Origin: Albugo candida | Taxonomy: Eukaryota | DNA length: 62,999 nucleotides | NCBI GenBank assembly: GCA_040437565.1 | Contig: JBDOQK010000065.1 | Location: 124,001-186,999 of the forward strand | Direction of reading: 5' to 3' | Shown: positions 1-10,914 of the stretch, piece after piece | Position numbering within the stretch: position 1 is the stretch's first letter | How the letters are laid out: the number at the start of each line of letters is the position of its first letter | Notes under the pieces: model-generated | Databases searched by the model: none | Seen by the model: only the letters and a program-made list of their open reading frames with translations | What the model was told of the DNA's origin: nothing | Position numbers and translations under genes: made by a program

Positions 1-552
1 CGATCTCGCGACAACTTGCAAGGGATTCCAATTCGTAAACCGTTTCCAACTGCTTACTTTGACCCTCCTCATAGTCATCCTCGACGAAGCTTACGATATT
101 TTGGATTTAGAGACTCAACGCCGACGTCCCATTCATACTTTCATGGAACTCCAAAGTTTGGAAGAACAAATCTCGAGTCGACCTTCCAGGACGAGTATTA
201 CCCGGAATCTCATTCCGATCTGAACACCCACACAATATCGAAATTTCGCGACGTTTCTTCCTCTGAGCATTCAGACCACATCTTGACTAGTTCAAATGCA
301 ATCAGACCATCGTCATCTGAAGATCTCCACGCTTCGGATTGGGGTTTATCGCTTCAATCAGATTCAGCTGAGGAATTTTTCTCGGACTCGACCAGCTTGT
401 CAGACAATGCACCAAATTCGATAGGCATTACCATGAAAACAGACAAGATTAACTCTCATATGCCAATTCTCGAGATACCAGCCGCTGTTGGTGCAGAGCG
501 TGTGGCGCACAGAAATCGAAATAGTTCCAGTTGGTCGATATCTCCAAAATGA
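1..552 (+). CDS. 3' part of a Ser-rich hypothetical protein, open at the window start
   Basis: Frame is open from base 1 to stop at 552; low-complexity Ser/Asp/His-rich; no recognisable domain. Confidence 0.4.
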   Translation, partial: RSRDNLQGIPIRKPFPTAYFDPPHSHPRRSLRYFGFRDSTPTSHSYFHGTPKFGRTNLESTFQDEYYPESHSDLNTHTISKFRDVSSSEHSDHILTSSNAIRPSSSEDLHASDWGLSLQSDSAEEFFSDSTSLSDNAPNSIGITMKTDKINSHMPILEIPAAVGAERVAHRNRNSSSWSISPK

Positions 553-1779
553 TAAATTCATGTTGTGTAGCGTCCCAATATTTAAACACGAGCAAGCAGA
601 AGTTAACGAATGCGATTGAAGTGCAAGCAAAATACTGTCGGCGTCAGCGTTGCGATCTGATACGAGTTTCTTGCCCCTTTGCCCAAATGTGTACTAAGGA
701 GAGTATCAGTCAAGAATAAAGTAGAACCCGCCGAATATCGAGTGTGAAGCAGGATGATGAAATTTGCGCTTGCCGAGTGGTACCCTGACGTTATTATACT
801 AAACTCCTCCAACAGGAAGCTGTTAAGGTCCAAAGTAAATCTATAAACTATACTGGATTTGTCATACTGCATCCTATACGCTGCTCATTCACATCTTTCT
901 GACAGGTTTTGTGTGATGTCACTTCGTCAAACAGTCTGTACAATAAGCTATGAACNNNNNNNNNNNNNNNNNNNNNNNNNNNNNNNNNNNNNNNNNNNNN
1001 NNNNNNNNNNNNNNNNNNNNNNNNNNNNNNNNNNNNNNNNNNNNNNNNNNNNNNNACAATATCGAAATTTCGCGACGTTTCTTCCTCTGAGCATTCAGAC
1101 CACATCTTGACTAGTTCAAATGCAATCAGACCATCGTCATCTGAAGATCTCCACGCTTCGGATTGGGGTTTATCGCTTCAATCAGATTCAGCTGAGGAAT
1201 TTTTCTCGGACTCGACCAGCTTGTCAGACAATGCACCAAATTCGATAGGCATTACCATGAAAACAGACAAGATTAACTCTCATATGCCAATTCTCGAGAT
1301 ACCAGCCGCTGTTGGTGCAGAGCGTGTGGCGCACAGAAATCGAAATAGTTCCAGTTGGTCGATATCTCCAAAATGATAAATTCATGTTGTGTAGCGTCCC
1401 AATATTTAAACACGAGCAAGCAGAAGTTAACGAATGCGATTGAAGTGCAAGCAAAATACTGTCGGCGTCAGCGTTGCGATCTGATACGAGTTTCTTGCCC
1501 CTTTGCCCAAATGTGTACTAAGGAGAGTATCAGTCAAGAATAAAGTAGAACCCGCCGAATATCGAGTGTGAAGCAGGATGATGAAATTTGCGCTTGCCGA
1601 GTGGTACCCTGACGTTATTATACTAAACTCCTCCAACAGGAAGCTGTTAAGGTCCAAAGTAAATCTATAAACTATACTGGATTTGTCATACTGCATCCTA
1701 TACGCTGCTCATTCACATCTTTCTGACAGGTTTTGTGTGATGTCACTTCGTCAAACAGTCTGTACAATAAGCTATGAAC
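232..1779. repeat. Gap-flanking duplicate (232-955 repeated at 1056-1779), likely assembly overlap
   Basis: Apparently identical 724-bp copies, offset 824, on either side of the 100-N gap at 956-1055. Confidence 0.9.
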
Positions 1780-1890
1780 CAAGCAATTAGTTCCGAAAAA
1801 CAGCGCCATTTTGACTGAAAATGTTAGTAAGAAACTCTATTGGATTTATTGCCCAATCGGTTTATCAATTGCATTCGAGAAAACAATCCA

Positions 1891-3513
1891 ATGTTTATTT
1901 GGCTTGTCTACGCGTTTGTCGCGCTTCTTCTCCTCGGCTCGAGTGCGTCTGTGGTGTATTACCTCCAACCAGGCCATAAAAGCAATTCCGCATCCAACAT
2001 CACTTTCCCATTAGTCTCTTCTTCTCTATTCTCATCCTATTGTATCAGCGCTTCTTCCGTTGCATCGATTGCATTATCTCTTCTCACACTTTTTTTGGTC
2101 CCTATCGATGTGTATTTACTTCAACACAGTCGTAATGAGAATATCCAAATGACGGAAGAGATTCTTACTCAATTTTATCGAATTAGTTTGATGATTCTCA
2201 TTGTCTATTTGTCGATTATCGCTCCTTTGGCGTATAATTACGCAAAGCAGCGGGAATTGGCGCATGTGACTCTCAATTTCGATACCAAAGAGCATCTCAA
2301 AGTGGCCATTAAAAGGACACTATGCATGTTGATTGGGATCGGACTACTTTTATCGATTTTTACGGTTCTTTTGCTATGTGGAAGACCGAAAAGCGAGTCA
2401 CAAGTCGAATGGATCAAACCACTTTTGAAAATCTCATACGACTTTAACACATTTGTTCAAATTCTGGTGGGAACATTGATTGTATGCGGTTTGTATATAT
2501 GGATTTTCGTATGCGCTCAGGGTCTGGCGTTTGTGCCTTTAGCGGGTCTCTTGATGGAAGGTAATAGTGATGAACAAATGACAAGCGATGGAAGTACATT
2601 TCAAGAGCTGCTTCGAGAAAACGATATGGAAAGAGAAGCGATCGAACAAACCCAAATAGCTCTTCATGCACGCTACATAAAGCAGCCAGGGCAGCTTGAG
2701 CCGGATCCAGTGCTCATGAGTGTTGCCGATCAAGAACGTATCCACCGGATCAAATCTCGTAAGGAGCAACTGAGAGAGCGTCAACACGTGCTGGAAGATA
2801 ATATGAAGAGAGCTTTGCGATCACAACGACGATGGAAATGCTGGCGCATCCCACTCGGTCTCCTTTGTCTCTGTTTGAGTATATCTATCATCATCTCGGC
2901 ACTCACTACCAACTTTGAAAAGCTTCTCCGCTCCGATTTTCGTCAGGGATTTGTGATGGATGGACCCAGCCATCTCACAGTAGTTGACACACTCCTCGTA
3001 GCGAGTTCACAATTCTTTCCGATGGATTACATTTTGTTTGGGATTTTATTCTATTACATATTCATTGTCTCATTTCGAGTACTCATGCGGGGTCAAGTAC
3101 GCTTACTATGCCTACAGTTTGGACGGGTGAAGCCAAGACTCACAGCAGCTTCCACCATAACAATTGCGTCTTTTGTGATTGTTTACGTGGCGCTCATAGG
3201 ACTATTCAGTCTACTCACTCTCGCTCCTCAGTACTCAAGCTTTGGCCACCAAACGTACGTGAATGCACAAACGAATCAAACCCGTATGTGCACATTGAAG
3301 GAAGCTGTGGTTGGACCACATTGCCGAGTGACTCGTGTGGCTGAACTCTATAACTCTATAGTAGTTAGCATGCCCACATTTGGTCTGCTTATGTTCCTGG
3401 GTCAATGGTTGTTTGCACTCAGCTATATTCCATGGAGTTTCTTCGCGTACTCATTGGCAAAGCCGCTCAAGGATCCGGATCCAAAGATGGAAAATCTGTT
3501 GAGCAACTACTAA
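1891..3513 (+). CDS. LMBRD1: LMBR1-family membrane protein, LMBD1 (lysosomal cobalamin transport escort)-like
   Basis: First ATG at 1891; about 9 hydrophobic segments split by a coiled-coil loop; motifs LVPIDVY, FFPMDYILF and APQYSSFGHQTY resemble LMBD1. Confidence 0.75.
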   Translation: MFIWLVYAFVALLLLGSSASVVYYLQPGHKSNSASNITFPLVSSSLFSSYCISASSVASIALSLLTLFLVPIDVYLLQHSRNENIQMTEEILTQFYRISLMILIVYLSIIAPLAYNYAKQRELAHVTLNFDTKEHLKVAIKRTLCMLIGIGLLLSIFTVLLLCGRPKSESQVEWIKPLLKISYDFNTFVQILVGTLIVCGLYIWIFVCAQGLAFVPLAGLLMEGNSDEQMTSDGSTFQELLRENDMEREAIEQTQIALHARYIKQPGQLEPDPVLMSVADQERIHRIKSRKEQLRERQHVLEDNMKRALRSQRRWKCWRIPLGLLCLCLSISIIISALTTNFEKLLRSDFRQGFVMDGPSHLTVVDTLLVASSQFFPMDYILFGILFYYIFIVSFRVLMRGQVRLLCLQFGRVKPRLTAASTITIASFVIVYVALIGLFSLLTLAPQYSSFGHQTYVNAQTNQTRMCTLKEAVVGPHCRVTRVAELYNSIVVSMPTFGLLMFLGQWLFALSYIPWSFFAYSLAKPLKDPDPKMENLLSNY

Positions 3514-3664
3514 GATGGATGTAGCTCCTGCGGGATCAAGATCACGTGCAAAGTGAACAACAAGCCTCGTCATATTTTACGACTCTTTCGACGGCCAAAT
3601 TCAATAGCTATACTGTTTGGATTTTACGCACAACAAATTCCGATAAATGGCTGCCGTGGACGCT

Positions 3665-5122
3665 TCATTTTTTCAGACGAGAAGATAATCCATAAAATAC
3701 ACTTCGAGCTCCGGTAGCATTCGTGTCGACATCTAACGTAATGCTTCGACGACGATGAAAGAAATGATGAGAATGATCCAAGTTGTCAGTCCGAGTTATT
3801 GGATTATCATTTGCTACACAAGCGCTTAGAAAGTCGTCGTATGCCTGTTCTCGCTTCTNNNNNNNNNNNNNNNNNNNNNNNNNNNNNNNNNNNNNNNNNN
3901 NNNNNNNNNNNNNNNNNNNNNNNNNNNNNNNNNNNNNNNNNNNNNNNNNNNNNNNNNNGGTAGCATTCGTGTCGACATCTAACGTAATGCTTCGACGACG
4001 ATGAAAGAAATGATGAGAATGATCCAAGTTGTCAGTCCGAGTTATTGGATTATCATTTGCTACACAAGCGCTTAGAAAGTCGTCGTATGCCTGTTCTCGC
4101 TTCTTTAAAAGCGTTGTTGTGTTCACCTTTTTCTCTTCTGCCTGCGCCTGCACGCGTTCGTATGCTTTTTTCGCTAACGTGTATTCCTTTTCAAGTGTGT
4201 TGAGTTCTTCCTTGATACGAAGGAGATTGAGCTCAGTCTCGATGATTTCGTCCAAGGCACTTGATGAAGTATTCATGTGTAAGCACTTTACGGAATACTT
4301 GACAGCAGACAGCCAATTGTCACCATAGACACAGAACAAGTGACTGCCTCTTTCTAGAGCAGCAGTTTGCCGTACTTCGTACGTCGAGAGCTTTGTAAAC
4401 AATTCGGGTAGCTCCGATCTAGAATTCGTCAAGTGTTGTGATGGCCACGTTTCCGTCAAATCCATAAACTCAACTTGACTCGTGAAGTACATATCGGCTG
4501 CCGTACATTTAGACTTGACTACTGATTCTTCAACCATGCGTACACCACCAGAAGAGTCGAATAAAACGAGTTTGAACTTGCTTTTCACCAAAGATCGACA
4601 TACCAAAACTAGCGATTCTCCAGCTTTATCGACCCGAATGCGGTAGAAATGGGCGTCTTGTTTGTCCACCTTTGAATTTTTTTCTATGCCAATAGCAAGT
4701 TCAACCACATTCGATTTGGAGGTACAAGTGCTCCGTGGGTCGCATAGATCACGAGCTGCGGAAAGCACACTTTGTGAGATTTGCGTTGGAATCGAAAGAC
4801 CGATCTTAGAGAACAATGCGCCTACAACACGTCCTATTCCGCCCATAGATTCCACATCGACACTCTCATATTCCACCATTTTCCCTGATTCAGCGCTCAG
4901 ATCGTACTGCCGGCGTTTGTTTGGATCACCTAGTACTCCATATGCAGTTGCAACGCGTTTGAACTGCTCTGCTGCTTCTTCTGAGCCTCCATTACGGTCC
5001 GGATGGTACTTGAGAGCGGCTTTACGATATGCGGTCTTGATATCGAGCTCACTCGCCGCTTTCTCCACACCCAAAACCTTATAAAAGTCCAAGGAATAAG
5101 CATCAGACTTGGTCTCCGACAT
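3665..5122 (-). CDS. DnaJ/Hsp40 co-chaperone, ARG1/ARL-like with C-terminal coiled coil
   Basis: J-domain DFYKVLGV...KYHPDRN...[20 protein letters not shown] resembles plant ARG1-type DnaJ. The 3' end is duplicated across gap 3859-3958. Confidence 0.85.
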   Translation of the reverse strand: MSETKSDAYSLDFYKVLGVEKAASELDIKTAYRKAALKYHPDRNGGSEEAAEQFKRVATAYGVLGDPNKRRQYDLSAESGKMVEYESVDVESMGGIGRVVGALFSKIGLSIPTQISQSVLSAARDLCDPRSTCTSKSNVVELAIGIEKNSKVDKQDAHFYRIRVDKAGESLVLVCRSLVKSKFKLVLFDSSGGVRMVEESVVKSKCTAADMYFTSQVEFMDLTETWPSQHLTNSRSELPELFTKLSTYEVRQTAALERGSHLFCVYGDNWLSAVKYSVKCLHMNTSSSALDEIIETELNLLRIKEELNTLEKEYTLAKKAYERVQAQAEEKKVNTTTLLKKREQAYDDFLSACVANDNPITRTDNLDHSHHFFHRRRSITLDVDTNATXXXXXXXXXXXXXXXXXXXXXXXXXXXXXXXXXXKREQAYDDFLSACVANDNPITRTDNLDHSHHFFHRRRSITLDVDTNATGARSVFYGLSSRLKK

Positions 5123-5178
5123 GTGAATGTTCTCGCTTGTATTCTGGTACTCACGGTACTAGTCTTGTATCACAGAAA

Positions 5179-6542
5179 ATGGCAAATGACATTTCTTCCA
5201 ATTTTCGCACTTTTGCGAGGAAGAAGCTGCAAGAAGCAAAGGAGAAAACAGCTTCACTTGTAAATGTAACAGCTTCCAAGGCGTCCACACTCAAAGCTGT
5301 CNNNNNNNNNNNNNNNNNNNNNNNNNNNNNNNNNNNNNNNNNNNNNNNNNNNNNNNNNNNNNNNNNNNNNNNNNNNNNNNNNNNNNNNNNNNNNNNNNNN
5401 NTTGGATATCAGTGTGCAGACAGATGTGACGCGCAGACAGACCGCGTTCATCTATCCGATACTTAAGAAATTGATAGAAACTTTTGAGAAATCCGGCTCC
5501 GGTACCTTATCGAGTTGACTCTCAATTAAGTACTAATGCTTTTGTATCAGAATACATTAGCGAATGGAGTCGGCTGAATGAGTATCGGAGCAAATTGGAG
5601 CCTTTTTTGGAAAAAATTAAATCTTCAGCCACGCAATCGTTCCATGCGCCATCCCCAGCGACTGAAGTACTGAAACTCGGCATTCAAACGTCAAGTAACT
5701 CGCCACAGAGTGAAAATGCAGCGGCGGAGAGTCCCCAGGCCGACGACAAGACATCCGATACGAATAAACCGAGCGGCTCAGTCAATGCGTCTTTGAGCAG
5801 CACAGCAGGAAACCCACAGAACGCCCGAAATACTACTTCTGTTCTGACGTATCAGCCAAAAGCATTCCTCCAAAAAGAAGTTCCAAGTGGAAATAAGGAA
5901 CAAAATCGGCAGTATTTCCCCCACAGCGATGAAGATAATGACGAGGATGACGGCGAGCCAATAGAAGATTCAGTGATAACCAACGTATCGCAATCGGCGC
6001 TTTCAGCTTCCTTGGACCAAAAATTTCGAAGTCATGGACATTTAATGTCATATGAGGAGCGAAATCGGTGCCAATTGTGTCGTCGGATGAACGCCAAGCG
6101 ATGCATGCGATGTGGATACTGCACGAAATGCTCCCAACGCGAATTGTGTCCGAATGCGAGCATGTCTGAGATCTCCCAACCGTCCGAAAACTTGTCAGTC
6201 AAAGATCGAAATCAGCAGGTTCTCGGATCTGCGATGGATCAAGCGATATATCGGGCATTCAAGCAGGAAGATTTCCATTCGGTATTCAGTCTCATTCAGA
6301 ATGACATGGATGTGAACTTCCAGCGAATGGAATCGGACCATTCCACAGCGCTGATGGCTGGCGCTCATCATGGACGTGAGGATGCTGTGCGGAAATTGCT
6401 ATCTCTTGGAGCCAATCCTTGTTTGACGGATAAAAACGGACACGAGGCATGGGTCTTTGCGGATCGAAAAGGATACAAGTCGCTCACTGCGCTGCTCAAA
6501 GATGAAGCGGCCGAATGGAAGCGGAAACAGCGTCAGAGTTAA
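5179..6542 (+). CDS. Ankyrin-repeat protein with a Cys-rich putative zinc-binding motif
   Basis: ATG 5179 (MANDISS...), gap at 5302-5401, likely acceptor TAG at 5475-5477; CQLC...CMRCGYCTKC...C cluster; ankyrin repeats TALMAGAHHGREDAVRKLLSLGANPCLTDKNG. Confidence 0.7.
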
Positions 6543-6640
6543 ATGCGGCGATCCCCGCTGGAGTATGTGCCCACGTTCTAACATTCACGCCTTAGCTGTC
6601 TCTATTCCACAAATGCAAGACACAATGATCTTTTTCCTGT

Positions 6641-9460
6641 TCAGAATTTCCAGTCTGGAGTAGCATCCATGGCCCAGACAAATTTTTCCCGCAAAGTCTT
6701 TGCAAAAACAGCGGATATTGGCACCTCATTCTACAGAGAAAGGCACATGCATTCGATGTATCAACAATAGGACGTAGTCTTTGACAGTAAGACGTACCCG
6801 TTTGCACCATGCAACTGTGATACGAGGATCCATATAATTGATCTTGGAAGTTCCTAGCGCGACTTGCTTGTTGTCTGATTTGTCTTGCAGTCGAATTGCT
6901 AGCGTATTGACCTTCTTTTTCCACGCATCACTTCGTTTCTTCACTTGTTCTAAAGACGGTGTTTTTGGAAACAAGTGACTTTGTGCTTTCTTGGCAAGCA
7001 AATCCTTCAGATCCTTTTGATCTCCTTTCTCTTTCTCATCTCCGTTTTCGTTGGCTACGTTTTGCTTTAATTGAATGGATTTGGACTTTCCACTTTGGAT
7101 AAACGTTTGCATCTTTTTCAAATCTTGCAATTGCTCTTTCAGCTGGTCTAATTGGGCAGTCATCTTTTCGAGTGTGTTGTCAAAAGACTTTGGAACCGTG
7201 CGCTGATGATTACACAGAATGGCGACTTCGCGATTGGCGTCATTGTACGCCACCACTTTAACGTTGGTGTCCAATTTTCCGTCAGGATCCAAAGCGTAAG
7301 GCAGCTCCTTCTCCAGTGTTACAGAAGCGTTGAATGTACGAAACACCTTGGCAGTCAAACCGGGCATCAATGAGCTCAAATGCTTGTTCAAGTCTGAAGT
7401 TGCCAGCTCGTCAAACACTTGATCCATTTTGCTTTTTTTGTGGCAAAACATCTTCAAATTCGAGTACACTTGTTTTCCAACTTGACCGTATTGAGCCAAT
7501 GTGACTGTGTTGTTGTACGGCATGGAATCTTTACCGAGAAACGCGAGCGTCAATTCACAGTTTTCATCATTGAAGGACATGTGCTCCACACGAAGACTAC
7601 AGCACCCAACAGTATCGGCCTCGTCTTCTCCTTTTTCGTTACCCACACGAAGCGCCAGNNNNNNNNNNNNNNNNNNNNNNNNNNNNNNNNNNNNNNNNNN
7701 NNNNNNNNNNNNNNNNNNNNNNNNNNNNNNNNNNNNNNNNNNNNNNNNNNNNNNNNNNTGGTGTCCAATTTTCCGTCAGGATCCAAAGCGTAAGGCAGCT
7801 CCTTCTCCAGTGTTACAGAAGCGTTGAATGTACGAAACACCTTGGCAGTCAAACCGGGCATCAATGAGCTCAAATGCTTGTTCAAGTCTGAAGTTGCCAG
7901 CTCGTCAAACACTTGATCCATTTTGCTTTTTTTGTGGCAAAACATCTTCAAATTCGAGTACACTTGTTTTCCAACTTGACCGTATTGAGCCAATGTGACT
8001 GTGTTGTTGTACGGCATGGAATCTTTACCGAGAAACGCGAGCGTCAATTCACAGTTTTCATCATTGAAGGACATGTGCTCCACACGAAGACTACAGCACC
8101 CAACAGTATCGGCCTCGTCTTCTCCTTTTTCGTTACCCACACGAAGCGCCAGTACGTCAATCACCCACATGGCGGTCGACCGTTGTTGCGTAGAGCGATC
8201 TTTTGCCTTGAGGCCACTAGTATAATTCTTTCGGATTCTGTCAATGTGCTTTTTCAGCTGTCGTGCTTTTTCATACTTTATCATATCCGATTTTCCCTTG
8301 AAGCTCGAACTCGCAGCCAGCCAAACATATTTGATTCCACCCATTACGTTCTCATTCCAGTATGCCAGCCATGATACTGTATCTCGATGTATAACTTCTT
8401 TCCACGCATGTCCTGGCATATTACAAACGGGCACCCGGTCCGAGATGCCAACATTCACAGTGACTTCTTCTGGTAAGACGCGTTCCTTAAGAGTTCCAGT
8501 CTTTGGGTGCTCACCCCGTCCTCGAAACAAACCAGGCGGCTCAATTCTATAATTCCCGACTTTTTCCAAGTGACCATCTACAATAGCGAATCCATTCGTA
8601 AATTGATCCAATTCTTTACGTTCTTTTTCCAGCTGTTTCTCCTCTTTCGTCCTATTTTTCTTCTCTTCACGTGTTATGTCCAAGTGCTGCCGAATCAGTG
8701 AGAAATCACAGAGATCGAAATCTTTGATAATGTGATTTTTTCCGAGCAGCTTTTGTAAGTCTTGAAAGAAATTCTGGTTGAATATTTTACGTGTTTTCGG
8801 ATTGCCCAGCTGCGGACCATCGGGAGGTATCGCAGCATAAAAGCTGACAATTTCTTCTTGAGCCGGAGTGAGCTTTAGAGGTTTCCCTTTATATAATAAG
8901 GAGACTCCATGAGGTGCATATGCTGGAGGAAAGAAAACACCATTGTGCTCTAGCGTCCGCCACTGTATCCCCTCCGGCAATTCCTCTGCTTTCCACCAGC
9001 GATACGCCTTGATGGCCATATCCAAACGCTCCGCTTTAGAATGCACTTTGAGTTTGTGGACACTCTTTCTCGTGACTTCTGTTTTGATCTGCACTTTGAC
9101 TTCTCGTTTTGGCTTTTTTGATGGGTTTGCCGAAGACGTTTCCTTTTGACAGATCTTTCGCTTTTGCACCAATTCACTTTCATCCGTTTTCGTCTTTTTC
9201 GTATTCGTTTTAGATTTCGATTTTCTCATCTGCGAAATCGGAATATCGTCGCTGTCGTCAGAGTTGTCATCGGATGACCATACTTTAGAGCTTTTGAAGC
9301 GCTCTGTAGTGGAAGTCTTTTGCTTAATTCGACTTCGTACTGTCTTGAGCTTGTTTGTCTCCGTTTTCACTACAGATTTCCCGTTTCTCTGCTGCTGTAT
9401 CTTGTTTCGTAGCTGTGAAATTGGAATCAAATCATCTTCATCAGAGCTTCCGCAATCCAT
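6641..9460 (-). CDS. TOP1: DNA topoisomerase I (type IB)
   Basis: Motifs WRTLEHNGV, EPPGLFRGRGEHPKTG, ADTVGCCSLRVEH, GLTAKVFRTFNAS and the catalytic Tyr in SKINYMDPR. Intron 6731-6797 gives ...WCKR/NEVPISAVFAKTLREKFVWAM...KF*. An internal segment is duplicated across gap 7659-7758. Confidence 0.97.
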
Positions 9461-9700
9461 TTCCGAGATCCACAAATAGCGTACCGTACCTTACACGTTA
9501 AATTTATATTTCTGTTATCATTTCAATNNNNNNNNNNNNNNNNNNNNNNNNNNNNNNNNNNNNNNNNNNNNNNNNNNNNNNNNNNNNNNNNNNNNNNNNN
9601 NNNNNNNNNNNNNNNNNNNNNNNNNNNTACACGTTAAATTTATATTTCAGTTATCATTTCAATAAAACATGTCTTTATCTGTAAATTTCGCAATTTCTCA

Positions 9701-10876
9701 ATGGATGCAAAAGTTTGGATCGCGCAAATAAGCGTTGCCTTTTGCGTGACATACACTGTCAATTATGCAAAAAAACGCATCGCTCGACGCCGAATAAAAC
9801 ACTCAACCACCCGCACACTTCATATTCCATCCATTCCGTCTGTAACTCCAATCGCATCCGCTCAAAAAGACGACTCTAATAGCGCTCCATTACAATCCGT
9901 CACTGTGCGCGTTCCCGCGACAACTGCCAATATGGGCCCGGGATTCGATACAATCGGAATGGCGCTGGACATATGGAATGAGATCAAAGTGGAGATACTG
10001 CGCAATTGCAGCGCAAACACTCCACAATTTCAGCTTTCGCATGAAGGCGAAGGCGCAGAAGAGCTCCCAACCAATGATTCCAATTTGATTATTGTGGGAT
10101 TTCGTGCGGCGTACAAAGCCGTTGACACGCCTCTGCCCTCACATGTGCGTATCCATTCGAAAAATCTCATTCCCTTTGCGCGCGGACTCGGCAGCAGCTC
10201 TGCTGGAATTGTTGGAGGTTTGCTTGCAGGATTGGCGCTCTCTGGAAAGCGCTTACCCGTACGAGGACAAGAAACACTGCTACAGCTAGCGTCTGAGATC
10301 GAAGGACATCCTGATAATGTGGCGCCAGCTATCTACGGTGGACTTCAGCTTGGAATCTTTGCAGAGAATCGATGGTATTCTTCCAGGGTCCAAATTCCAG
10401 ACGGCTTGCAGTGCGTCATGTTTATCCCCGACACTACTGGTCCCACAAGTATCGCTCGAGCCATTCTTCCCGGTACAGTGGAGCGTCAACAAGCTGTCTT
10501 TAACATTGGGAGAGCAGCGCTGCTGGTAAATGCATTTCGATCCGGAAACTTGGATGAGCTCAAATATGCGACCCAAGACAGTTTGCATCAGCCACAACGC
10601 GGTGAAACGCAATATCCGCATCTTGATCCGATGATCCAAGCCGCTCTATCCGCTGGAGCACATTGCTGCTTTCTCAGTGGAGCTGGTCCCACCGTTCTGG
10701 CGATCACAAGCGGTCGATCAGGAGATATATTCACACAAAAACTCGGTGAACGACAGGAAAGACAGGTTGCTGACGCCATGCGCGGAATTGCCGCTTCAAT
10801 GAAAATTTCCGGATGTGTAGTTATCACTAATCCCGAACACAACGGTGCAGGCATTTCCGACTTGGTTCGAGCGTAA
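9701..10876 (+). CDS. THR1: Homoserine kinase (GHMP family) with N-terminal extension
   Basis: VRVPATTANMGPGFD, PFARGLGSSSA, EGHPDNVAP, LSGAGPT motifs. Confidence 0.95.
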   Translation: MDAKVWIAQISVAFCVTYTVNYAKKRIARRRIKHSTTRTLHIPSIPSVTPIASAQKDDSNSAPLQSVTVRVPATTANMGPGFDTIGMALDIWNEIKVEILRNCSANTPQFQLSHEGEGAEELPTNDSNLIIVGFRAAYKAVDTPLPSHVRIHSKNLIPFARGLGSSSAGIVGGLLAGLALSGKRLPVRGQETLLQLASEIEGHPDNVAPAIYGGLQLGIFAENRWYSSRVQIPDGLQCVMFIPDTTGPTSIARAILPGTVERQQAVFNIGRAALLVNAFRSGNLDELKYATQDSLHQPQRGETQYPHLDPMIQAALSAGAHCCFLSGAGPTVLAITSGRSGDIFTQKLGERQERQVADAMRGIAASMKISGCVVITNPEHNGAGISDLVRA

Positions 10877-10914
10877 TGTAGCGAAATGCCATTATCCGAA
10901 GATTGGTCTCATTC

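Noticed and set aside
6726-7658. Apparent second TOP1 gene or internal domain duplication
   Set aside because: Identical overlap around gap 7659-7758; one gene.
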